Origin: an uncultured Candidatus Rokubacteria bacterium
Lineage (GTDB): Bacteria; Methylomirabilota; Methylomirabilia; Rokubacteriales; CSP1-6
Assembly (NCBI GenBank): GCA_963762145.1
Contig: CAVXJS010000007.1
Location: 344,382-408,381, forward strand
DNA: 64,000 bases
Direction of reading: 5' to 3'
Below are positions 53,489 to 64,000 of this stretch, one piece after another. How positions within the stretch are numbered: position 1 is the stretch's first letter; every line of letters begins with the position of its first letter. The notes under the pieces are model-generated. The model saw only the letters and a program-made list of their open reading frames with translations. It ran no database searches and had not been told where the DNA came from. The translations under genes were made by a program, and so were the position numbers.

Positions 53489-53998
53489 GTGCTGATCCAG
53501 GTAGCCAACATTCCACCCGAAGGTCTGCACATCGAGGGGACCGCGGACTTCCCGCGGCCGTTCCAGGACCCCGCCTGGGTGCTCGATGAGCTCGATCTGA
53601 CCGTGGAGAAGGACGGGGACACGGTCTTCGTCCGGGGCGATCTCACCGCGCGGATCCCGCTCTCATGCGGGCGGTGCGTGGAGGGTTACACGGTGACCGT
53701 CCATCCGGCGGTGGACGCCCGCTTCGTGCCCATGCCGGAGACGCGCGGCGAGGAGCAGGAGCTGGGGGCGGGCGAGCTCGAGACCGACGTCTACCGGAAC
53801 GGCACGCTCGATCTCACGGCCCTGCTCGAGACCGAGACCACTCTGGCCTTGCCCATGAAGCCGCTCTGCCAGGAGGGCTGCCGGGGTCTCTGCCCCGTCT
53901 GCGGCGGCAACCGCAACGCCACCGACTGCGCGTGCGAGACGCCCGCGCCCGACTCACGCTGGGCGGCCCTCAAGGACTGGGCCGGCCGGTCGAAATAG
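53489..53998 (+). CDS. YceD/DUF177 protein
   Basis: CGRC and LALPMKPLCQEGCRGLCPVCG motifs; located upstream of rpmF. Confidence 0.9.
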   Translation: MLIQVANIPPEGLHIEGTADFPRPFQDPAWVLDELDLTVEKDGDTVFVRGDLTARIPLSCGRCVEGYTVTVHPAVDARFVPMPETRGEEQELGAGELETDVYRNGTLDLTALLETETTLALPMKPLCQEGCRGLCPVCGGNRNATDCACETPAPDSRWAALKDWAGRSK

Positions 53999-54017
53999 CC
54001 CGAACAGGAGCCATCCG

Positions 54018-54201
54018 ATGCCTCTGCCCAAGCGACGACACTCCAAGACCCGCGGCCGCAAGCGGCGCACGCACTACAAGATGGTCGCGCCCGACGCGCT
54101 CCCTCTGCCCGCAGTGTCGCGAGGTCAAGCCGCCCCACCGGATCTGTCCGCACTGCGGCTTCTACAAGGGCCGCGAAGTCATCTCGGTCGAGGGCGAATA
54201 G
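54018..54201 (+). CDS. rpmF: 50S ribosomal protein L32 (one indel)
   Basis: MPLPKRRHSKTR...CPQC...PHRICPHCGFYKGR. Confidence 0.92.
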
Positions 54202-54241
54202 TCTTTCCGGCTGAGCCGGGCCGTGCCATAAGATCGGCGCC

Positions 54242-55267
54242 ATGAAGATCGCGGTCGACGCCATGGGAGGCGACTTCGGTCCGGCCGTCGTGGTCGAGGG
54301 CGCGGTGACCGCGTGCCGCGAGTTCGGGCTGGCGTCGATCCTCGTGGGCGACAAGGCGGCCATCGAGCGCGAGCTCGTGCGGCTCCGGGCCCAGGACCTG
54401 CCGGTCACGGTGCGCCACGCCTCGCAGGTGGTGGGCATGGCCGAGGCGCCGTCGCAGGCCCTCCGTCGCAAGCGCGACTCCTCGCTGCGGGTGGCCGCCG
54501 AGCTCGTCAAGGACGGTGAGTGCGGCGCCATCGTCTCCGCCGGCAACACCGGCGCGGCGATGGCGATCAGCATGTTCGTCATGGGCGTGCTACCCGGCGT
54601 GGACCGGCCCGCGATCGCGGCGCCGCTGCCGAGCCTGGCCGGCTACACCGTGCTCATCGACGCGGGCGCCAACGTGGACCCGAAGCCGCGCCAGCTCTTC
54701 CAGTTCGCGGTCATGGGTCACGTGTACTCGCGCCACATCGTGGGCAAGGACAACCCGCGGGTCGGGCTGCTCTCGGTGGGCGAGGAAGAGGGCAAGGGAA
54801 CCGACCTGACCAAGGAAGCGTTCGAGGACCTGCGCGGCTCGTCGCTCAACTTCATCGGCAACATCGAGGGGCGCGACATCTACAACGGCCGCTGCGACGT
54901 GGTGGTGACCGACGGCTTCACCGGCAACGTCTGCCTCAAGGTCTCCGAGAGCCTGGCCGAGATGCTCACCGCGATGATCCGCGAGGAGCTCGGCCGCGAC
55001 ATGCTCTCGATGGCCGGCGCCGCGCTCGCCAAGCGGGCCTTCGCGCGCCTGAAGCGCCGCGTGGACTACACCGAGATGGGCGGCGCGCCCCTGCTGGGCA
55101 TGAACGGGGCCGCCATCATCTGCCACGGAGCCTCGCCGGTGAAGGCGATCAAGAATGCGGTACGCGTGGCCGCCGACTGGGTTCGCAACGACGTGAACCA
55201 CCACATCAAGACCGCGCTCGAGGCGGAGGCAGTCCTCGCCGAGGGACGGGAGGGAGGCCGCGAATGA
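54242..55267 (+). CDS. plsX: Phosphate acyltransferase
   Basis: IAVDAMGGD, SAGNTGA and DGFTGNV motifs. Confidence 0.95.
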   Translation: MKIAVDAMGGDFGPAVVVEGAVTACREFGLASILVGDKAAIERELVRLRAQDLPVTVRHASQVVGMAEAPSQALRRKRDSSLRVAAELVKDGECGAIVSAGNTGAAMAISMFVMGVLPGVDRPAIAAPLPSLAGYTVLIDAGANVDPKPRQLFQFAVMGHVYSRHIVGKDNPRVGLLSVGEEEGKGTDLTKEAFEDLRGSSLNFIGNIEGRDIYNGRCDVVVTDGFTGNVCLKVSESLAEMLTAMIREELGRDMLSMAGAALAKRAFARLKRRVDYTEMGGAPLLGMNGAAIICHGASPVKAIKNAVRVAADWVRNDVNHHIKTALEAEAVLAEGREGGRE

Positions 55268-56245
55268 ACCGGGCTCAGATCATCGGCGTCGGCGCATATG
55301 CCCCGAAGCGGATCCTGACCAACGCGGAGCTCGAGCGGATGGTCGATACCTCCGACGAGTGGATCGTCCAGCGCACCGGCATCCGGGAGCGCCACATCGT
55401 GGACGAGGGCGAGGGGCCCGCGGACCTGGCCGTCCGCGCCGCCCAGCAGGCGATGGAGCGGGCCCAGGTCACCGCGGAGGAGATCGACTTCATCGTGGTG
55501 GGCACCACCGCGGGGGACATGCACTTCCCCACCAGCGCGAACCTGGTCCAGCACCGCCTGGGCTGCCGCAACGCGGGCTCGGTGGACGTGTACGCGGCCT
55601 GCGCGGGCTCGGTCTACAGCCTGTCCATCGGCGCCCAGTACGTGCAGACCGGCAAGTACCGGACGGTGCTGTGCATCGGCGCCGAGTGCCTCTCGCGCAT
55701 CACCGACTTCACCGACCGCGGCACCTGCATCCTGCTCGCGGACGCGGCGGGGGCGGCGGTGCTCCGGCCCTCCGCCGACGCGGCGGGCATCATCGACACC
55801 GATCTCTACTCGGACGGCCGCTACGGCGACCTGCTCATCCAGCCCGCGGGCGGCTCGCTCCATCCCGCGACCCACGAGACGGTGGACCAGCGCCAGCACT
55901 TCGCCAAGATGAAGGGCAACGAGGTCTTCAAGGTGGCGGTCCGGATGTTCGGGGAATGCGCCGAGCGCATCCTGAAGAACAACGGCTTCACCGCCAACGA
56001 CCTCGACCTCTTCGTGCCCCACCAGGCGAACCTCCGCATCATCGAGGCCGCGGTCAAGCGCCTCAAGGTGCCGATGGAGAAGGTGATGGTCAACGTGGAG
56101 CGCTACGGCAATACCGGCGCCGCCTCGGTCTACGTGGCGCTGGAGGAGGCGTGGACCGGCGGGCGGGTCAAGTCCGGGCGATCTCGTGCTGATGGCCGCC
56201 TTCGGCGGCGGCTTCACCTGGGGCGCAGTGCTCCTGCGATGGTAG
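55264..56245 (+). CDS. fabH: Beta-ketoacyl-ACP synthase III (indel near 3' end)
   Basis: DTSDEWI..RTGI, AACAG, PHQAN, GNTGAAS and FGGGFTWG motifs. Confidence 0.93.
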
Positions 56246-57187
56246 CCGGCGCGCTCGCCTTTCTCTTCCCCGGCCAGGGCTCGCAGGAGGTCGGGATGGG
56301 CCGTGCGCTCGCGGAGCGTTCGCCCGGCGCGGCCGCGGTCTGGGCCGAGGCGGACGACTGCCCTCGGCTTCTCCCTCTCCACGCTCTGCTTCGAGGGGCC
56401 TGCGGCCGACCTGGCCCTCACCGCGAACACCCAGCCCGCGGTGCTGACCACGAGCGTGGCCGCCGCCGCCGCCCTCGCCGAGCGGGGGGTGATGCCCGGC
56501 TCTCGCCGCCGGCCACAGCCTCGGCGAGTACTCGGCGCTCGTCGTCGCGGGCGCGCTCCGCTTCGCGGACGCGGTACGCCTGGTGCGCCGGCGCGGCGAG
56601 TTCATGCAGGAGGCGGTGCCGGTGGGCACCGGGGCGATGGCCGCCCTCATGGGCGTGGAGCTGGCCGCCGTCGAGCAGATCTGCGCGGAGGCGGCGCAGG
56701 GCGAGGTGGTGGGGGTGGCCAACATCAACTCGCCTGGCCAGATCGTCATTGCGGGACACCGCGCGGCGGTGGAGCGGGCCGTCGAGGGGGCCGCGGCGCG
56801 CGGCGGCCGGAAGAGCGTGCTGCTCCCGGTGAGCGCGCCCTTCCACTGCGCCCTGATGAAGCCGGCGGCCGATCGCCTGATCGCGGAGCTGGAGCGGGTC
56901 GCGGTGAGCAACCCGCGCATTCCGGTCGTCCGGAACGTGGACGGGGGCGTCACCCGGACCGCCGACGAGATCAAGCCGTTCCTGGTCCAGCAGGTGGCCA
57001 GCCCGGTGCGCTGGACCGACTGCGTGGAGCGGCTGGCGCGCGAGGGCGCGACCGGATTTCTCGAGGTCGGGCCCGGCCGGGTGCTGACCGGGCTGCTCAA
57101 GCGCACGCTCGACGGCGCGCGCGGCCACGCGGTGGAGGATCCCGCGTCGCTCGACAAGGCGGTGCAGGCGATCGGGGGCCGGGCGGC

Positions 57188-57191
<4 letters not shown>
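56239..57191 (+). CDS. fabD: Malonyl-CoA:ACP transacylase (indels)
   Basis: FPGQGSQ, GHSLGEY and VSAPFH motifs. Confidence 0.92.
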
Positions 57192-57940
<749 letters not shown>

Positions 57941-57965
57941 TCAATCGCAGCCAGGAGGGGAGGGC

Positions 57966-58202
57966 ATGGCGAAGCCGGTCGAGGAGCGGGTCAAGGAGAT
58001 CATCGTCGAGCAGCTCGGAGTGGAAGAGGACGAGGTGTTGCCGGCCGCGAAGTTCATCGAGGACCTCGGGGCCGATTCTCTCGACACCGTCGAGCTCGTG
58101 ATGGCCTTCGAGGAGGAGTTCGATCTCGAGATCCCGGACGAGGACGCGGAGAAGATCGCCACCGTCGGGGACGCGATCAGCTACATCAAGGAGAACTCCT
58201 AG
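57966..58202 (+). CDS. acpP: Acyl carrier protein
   Basis: [12 protein letters not shown] motif. Confidence 0.96.
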   Translation: MAKPVEERVKEIIVEQLGVEEDEVLPAAKFIEDLGADSLDTVELVMAFEEEFDLEIPDEDAEKIATVGDAISYIKENS

Positions 58203-58224
58203 GAACGGCCGCAGGGAGGGGCGC

Positions 58225-59469
<1,245 letters not shown>

Positions 59470-59474
59470 AGCAC

Positions 59475-59500
59475 TCGGAGGGGGCCACGCCCCCTTCCGA
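59475..59500. repeat. GC-rich hairpin between fabF and rnc
   Basis: TCGGAGGGGGC-CAC-GCCCCCTTCCGA, 11-bp stem with one bulge and no U-tract. Confidence 0.6.
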
Positions 59501-59526
59501 ACCTCCCCCAACGGCAGAGAGCGGCG

Positions 59527-59980
59527 TTGAGCGCTGAGCTGGATCCGGCCGGCGTGCTGGGCCCCCGGCTGGGCCACCCTTTCCGCGATGCCGATCTGCT
59601 GCGTCAGGCGCTGACCCACCGCTCTTTCGCGAACGAGAATCCCGGCTCGCCCGACAACGAGCGGCTCGCGCTCCTGGGCGACGCGGTGCTGGCCGCTCGT
59701 GGTCGCCGAGCGCCTGCTGGCCGCCGCGCCCGACGAGCCGGTCGGGCGTGCTGACCCCGCGGCGCGCCGCGCTGGTCTCGGGGGAGAACCTCGCGCGCTG
59801 GGCCGCCGCGCTCGACCTCGGCGCCCACCTCCGCCTCGGGCGCGGCGAGGAGCAGACGGGCGGGCGCGACGAAGGAGTCGGTGCTCGCCACCGCGCTGGA
59901 GGCGGTGGTGGCTGTCGTCTATCTGGAAGGAGGCCTCGCGGCGGCCCGCGCGGCGGTGGCCGCGTCTGGCCGTGTGGTAG
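59527..59980 (+). CDS. rnc: Ribonuclease III nuclease domain only, no dsRBD (indels)
   Basis: [28 protein letters not shown] and [15 protein letters not shown] motifs; about 150 aa before the next gene. Confidence 0.8.
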
Positions 59981-59989
59981 CCTGCGTCC

Positions 59990-61170
59990 ATGCGCCTCTG
60001 GCCCTTTCCGCTCGTGACCGGGCACGGCATCGACGGTGCGCCCGCGGAGGGCTACGCGGTCGTCGAGGACCTGCTGCGCCGCAACATCGAGGACATCTTC
60101 CGCGTCGAGCGCCAGGAGGTGCGGCGGGGCCACCTTCGTCTGGGGCGGGCGCCTCCTCGTGGAGCCCGCGCGCGCGCTCGCCCTGATCGAGCCGCGCCTG
60201 AAGCGCTTCGGCTACACGCCGTTCCTCGGCCGCCAGGGCGGCCTGGTGTGGATCCGGGCGGTGCCGCTCGCCGACGTGAAGGAGACCTCGCGCTCCGGAC
60301 GTCAACGTGCTCCTCTTCGTGCTCACCGTGCTCTCCACCCTCGCGGCGGGCTGCCTGATCAGCGGGCTCCTTTCCGTTCGTGACCTTCAACCCGTTCCTG
60401 CGGCCGCTCCGCCTGCTCGACGGCGTGCCCTTCTCGTTCACGCTGCTCGCCATCCTGGGCACCCACGAGTTCGGCCACTACTTCGTGGCCCGCCACTACG
60501 GGGCGTCGGTGAGCCTGCCGTTCTTCATCCCGGCGCCGCCGCCGCTCTTCCTGTTCGGCACCATGGGCGCGGTCATCCGCATGCGATCCCCGGCCCGGGA
60601 CCGGAACTCGCTCTTCGACATCGCGGTGGCCGGGCCGCTCGCCGGGCTGGTGGTCGCGATTCCCGCCCTGCTGCTGGGCCTGCAGTGGTCGCGGGTCGGG
60701 ATGGTGCTGCCCGACCAGGGCACCATGACCTTCGGCGACTCGCTGCTGCATGCAACTGCTCACCTGGATCGGTGTTCGGGCCGATCCCGCCCGGGATGGA
60801 CATCTCGTGCCATCCGGTCGCCGCTCGCGGGCTGGGTGGGCCTCTTCGTCACCGCGCTCAACCTGGTCCCGGTCGGGCAGCTCGACGGCGGCCGCATCGC
60901 CTACGCGCTCGTCGGGCGCGCGGCACCGCCAGGTGTCGATCGCGGCGCTGGTGGGTCTCGTCGCGCTCGGCGCGCTGTTCCGGCTCGGCCAACTGGATCG
61001 TGTTCGGCGGGCTGGTCCTGCTGCTCATCGGCTTCCACCACGCGCCGCCGCTCGACGACGCTCACCCCGCTGTCGCCCCGGCCGCTGCGTGCTCGGCGGT
61101 CTCTGCCTGATCCTGCTGATCGTCCTGGTCCCGCCCGTCCCCATCAGCTGCTCGGGGTCCAGCGTCTTGC
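59990..61170 (+). CDS. Site-2 protease (M50) (indels; end approximate)
   Basis: HEFGH, FGTMGAVIRM, IAVAGPLAG and NLVPVGQLDGG motifs. Confidence 0.87.
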
Positions 61171-61246
61171 ATCGCGGAGCGACCTTGCCGACGCGGGAGT
61201 GCTTTGTCTGGCGTATCGAAATGTCGCAATGCGAGACCTGACCCCG
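61153..61246. repeat. Second, degenerate copy of the GGGGTCAGGTCTTG-family REP-like element
   Basis: GGGGTCCAGCGTCTTGCAT ... AATGTCGCAATGCGAGACCTGACCCC. Confidence 0.7.
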
Positions 61247-61269
61247 CATCAGGTAGGATTGCCGCGCTT

Positions 61270-62645
61270 ATGCGCGCAGACCTGAAAGCAGCTCGAGGCG
61301 CTGATCAAGAAGGGCGACGTGGACACCGTGCTCACGGTGTTCGCCGACGGTCTCGGCCGCCTGATGGGCAAGCGCGTCGTCGGCCGCTACTTCCTCGACC
61401 ACGTCGCTGCACGAGGGCGTCCACGCCTGCATCTACCTGTTCACCGTGGACATGGAGATGGAGCCGCTGCCCGGCTTCAAGCTCGCCTCGTGGGAGCGCG
61501 GCTACGGCGACATGAAGCTGGTGCCCGGACCTCGCGACGTGGCGCCTCCTGCCGTGGCTGCCGAAGACCGCGCTCGTCTTCTGCGACGTCTACACCGAGG
61601 AAGGCGAGCCGATCGAGGAGGCGCCGCGCTGGGTCCTGCGGCGGCAGGTGGAGCGCGCGGCGCAAGGTGGCTACCGCGTCAAGACCGCCTCGGAGCTCGA
61701 GCTGCTACCTGTTCCGCGAGTCGTTCGACGAGGCGCGGGCCAAGCGCTATCACGGCCTGACGCCCGTCTCCGAACTACCTCGAGGACTACCACATCCTCC
61801 AGACCTCCCGGGAGGAGCCGCTGGTCCGCGCGATCCGCAACCACATGGAGGCGGCGCGGGTCCCGGTGGAGTTCTCCAAGGGCGAGTGGGGGAAGGGGCA
61901 GGAGGAGATCAACCTCCGCTACGCCGACGCGCTCGAGATGGCCGATCGCCACGTCCTCTACAAGCACGGGGTGAAGGAGATCGCCTGGCAGCAGGGCTCG
62001 TCGGTGACGTTCATGGCCAAGTACGACGTGGGCGCGGCGGGCTCGTCCTGCCACCTGCACTCCTCGGTGTGGGACCAGCGCCGGGCGGCGCAGCCTGTTC
62101 GCGGCAAGGAAGGGGCCGGCAGGGCACGCCGCTCTTCCAGCAGTGGCTGGCCGGCCAGATGGCGATGGCGCGCGAGCTCGCGCTACTTCTACGCGCCCAC
62201 CGTGAACTCGTACAAGCGCTACCAGGCCGGCTCGTTCGCGCCCGACGCGCATCGCGTGCGGGCTGGGACAACCGCACCTGCGGCTTCCGGCTCTGCGGCG
62301 AGGGCGCGCGGCTTCCGCGTGGAGAATCGCATCCCCGGCGCCGACGCCAACCCCTACCTGGCGTTCGCGGCCACCATCGCGGCGGGCCTGCACGGCGATC
62401 GGCGCAGAAGCTGCGTGCCGCCCGCGCTCTACGAGGGCAACGCCTACGAGGACACGAAGCTGGCCCAGGTGCCGAAGACGCTGCGCGAGGCGCTCGCCGA
62501 GCTCGAGCGACTCGCGCGTGGCCGCCGCGAGGCGTTCGGACCCAAGGTCGTGGACCACTACCTCCGGCACGGGCGGCTCGAGCAGCAGGCCTTCGACCAG
62601 GCCGTCACCGACTGGGAGCTGATCCGGCTCTTCGAAAGAATCTGA
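61270..62645 (+). CDS. Glutamine-synthetase-like gamma-glutamylamide ligase (GlnA4/PuuA type; indels)
   Basis: GRLMGKR, SWERGYGD, KGEWGKGQEEIN, TFMAK, GSSCHLH, NSYKR and RVENRIPGADANPYLA motifs. Confidence 0.87.
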
Positions 62646-62653
62646 GGTCCGCG

Positions 62654-62690
62654 CTCACCCCGGCCCTGCTCCGAACCTGGACGGAGAGGG
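62654..62690. repeat. REP-like element related to 42827-42860 (opposite orientation)
   Basis: CTCACCCCGGCCCTGCTCCG...CGGAGAGGG in an intergenic gap. Confidence 0.55.
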
Positions 62691-62703
62691 GGAAGGACGA
62701 AGC

Positions 62704-63479
62704 ATGATGCCAGGACGACTCGCGGGCAAGGTCGCGCTGATCACCGGCGCGGCAATGGGCATGGGACGCGAGGCGTCGGTCCTCTTCGCCCAGGAGGGCG
62801 CGCGCGTCGTGGTGTGCGAATCTGAACGGCGCGGCCGCCGCCGAGACGGTGCGAGCTGGTGCGGAAGGCGGGCGGGGAGGCGCTGGCGGTGGTCGGCGAC
62901 GTGGCCGTCGAGGCCGACGTGCGGCGCATGGTCGAGGACGGGCGTGCGCCGCTTCGGGGCGCTCCACATGCTCTACAACAACGCGGGCGTGCTCTGGAAG
63001 GACCGCGACCGCGTCGGTGCTCGAGACCGACGGCGAGCAGTGGGACCGGGTCATGGCGCATCAACCTGAAGTCGGTCTTCTGGGTGACGAAGTTCGGCAT
63101 CCCGCACCTGCGCAGGCCGCGGGCGGGGGATCGATCATCCTGGTCGGGCTCGGTCTCGGCGCTGGCCGGCTTCACGCGGGCCCAGGACGCCTACACCGCG
63201 GCCAAGGGCGCGCTGATCTCGCTCAACAAGTCGCTGGCGATCCAGTTCGCGAAGGACAACATCCGCTCGAACATCATCCATCCGGGGATCGTCGAGACGC
63301 CGCTGCAGGCGCCGTATCTCACCGACGCGCTGCGGGCGGAGTTCAAGACCGGAATCCCGCTGGGCCGCATCGGCCAGCCTCGCGACATCGCCTACGCCGC
63401 GCTGTTCCTCGCCTCCGACGAGTCGTCGTTCATGACCGGGGCGGAGATGATCGTCGACGGCGGATTCATGGCCCAGTGA
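62704..63479 (+). CDS. SDR oxidoreductase (indels)
   Basis: ITGAAMGMG, NNAG, YTAAK and VDGG motifs. Confidence 0.88.
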
Positions 63480-63537
63480 GGCTTCGATCAGAATGAAGAT
63501 GGCCCACCTGATGCGCATGCCCAAGGAGGCGTCCACC

Positions 63538-64000
63538 ATGCTCAACAGCGCGCGCAGCGTCCTTGCCCTGATCGTGACGGCCCTGCTGGCCCTCGCCGCG
63601 GTCTCCCCGGCGACGGCCCAGAAGCAGACCGTCGTCATCTACACCGCGATCGAGAACGAGCAGATCGCGGAGTACAAGAAGGCCTACGAGAAGTCACTGC
63701 CCAGCATCGACGTGAAGATGCTGCGGCTGTCCACCGGGGACATCGCGGCCCGCTTCATGGCCGAGAAGGACAACATGCAGGCGGACGTGATCTGGGGCGT
63801 CGGGGCCACCAACATGCTCGTGTTCAAGAATGCGGGCCTGCTCGAGCCGTACGCCCCGAAGGGGCTCGACCGCATCCAGCCGCTCTTCCGCGACAAGGCG
63901 AACCCCCCGAGCTGGGTCGGGCTCGACATCTACATGTCCGCCTTCTGCTTCAACACCGAGGTCGCGAAGAAGCACAATCTGCCCGCGCCGGCACCCGATG
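63538..64000 (+). CDS. ABC substrate-binding protein, PhnS2/AepX-like (putative 2-aminoethylphosphonate binding; partial)
   Basis: Manual translation: signal peptide, then VIYTAIENEQ, STGDIAARFMAEKDNMQADVIWG, LEPYAPKGL..FRDKANPPSWVG..CFNT; SD AAGGAGG. Confidence 0.75.
   Translation, partial: MLNSARSVLALIVTALLALAAVSPATAQKQTVVIYTAIENEQIAEYKKAYEKSLPSIDVKMLRLSTGDIAARFMAEKDNMQADVIWGVGATNMLVFKNAGLLEPYAPKGLDRIQPLFRDKANPPSWVGLDIYMSAFCFNTEVAKKHNLPAPAPD

Overview
A 64-kb, very GC-rich, gene-dense bacterial chromosome segment. Gene content and style suggest Candidatus Rokubacteria/Methylomirabilota, which is an inference from reading only. No rRNA, tRNA, CRISPR array, integrase or transposase was recognised. 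In order: partial LysR with a divergent PAT/ArsN-type acetyltransferase; MMPL, DUF72, FmdB, GNAT and an MshA-like glycosyltransferase running into phnA, a GcvT-family flavoprotein and phnW; a Zn peptidase; a dpp/opp ABC transporter; ferredoxin; a sigma54-type promoter before a stand-alone Fis-type HTH; a Cys-less thiolase, DUF35, CoA-transferase and MaoC module; cimA with a divergent two-subunit Fe-S hydro-lyase; a ~26-kb minus-strand block (htpX, ccmA-I, slt, type II secretion genes, ligA, small catabolic genes); yceD-rpmF-plsX-fabH-fabD-fabG-acpP-fabF; a dsRBD-less RNase III; an M50 protease; and a GlnA4-like ligase, SDR and AEP-type binding protein. Many genes carry single-base indels in discrete blocks (about 7.1-10.9, 16.6-18.5, 20.8-22.3, 23.9-26.4, 39.4-39.8, 54.1, 56.2-56.5 and 59.7-63.1 kb). 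These hit housekeeping genes too, so they are treated as sequencing or polishing errors, and coordinates there are approximate. The best candidates for new biology are a folate-linked N-demethylase inside an aminophosphonate operon, a Cys-less thiolase/DUF35 lyase module beside cimA and an atypical hydro-lyase, and a Mini-III-like enzyme at the rnc locus. All family assignments come from motif recognition, not database searches.
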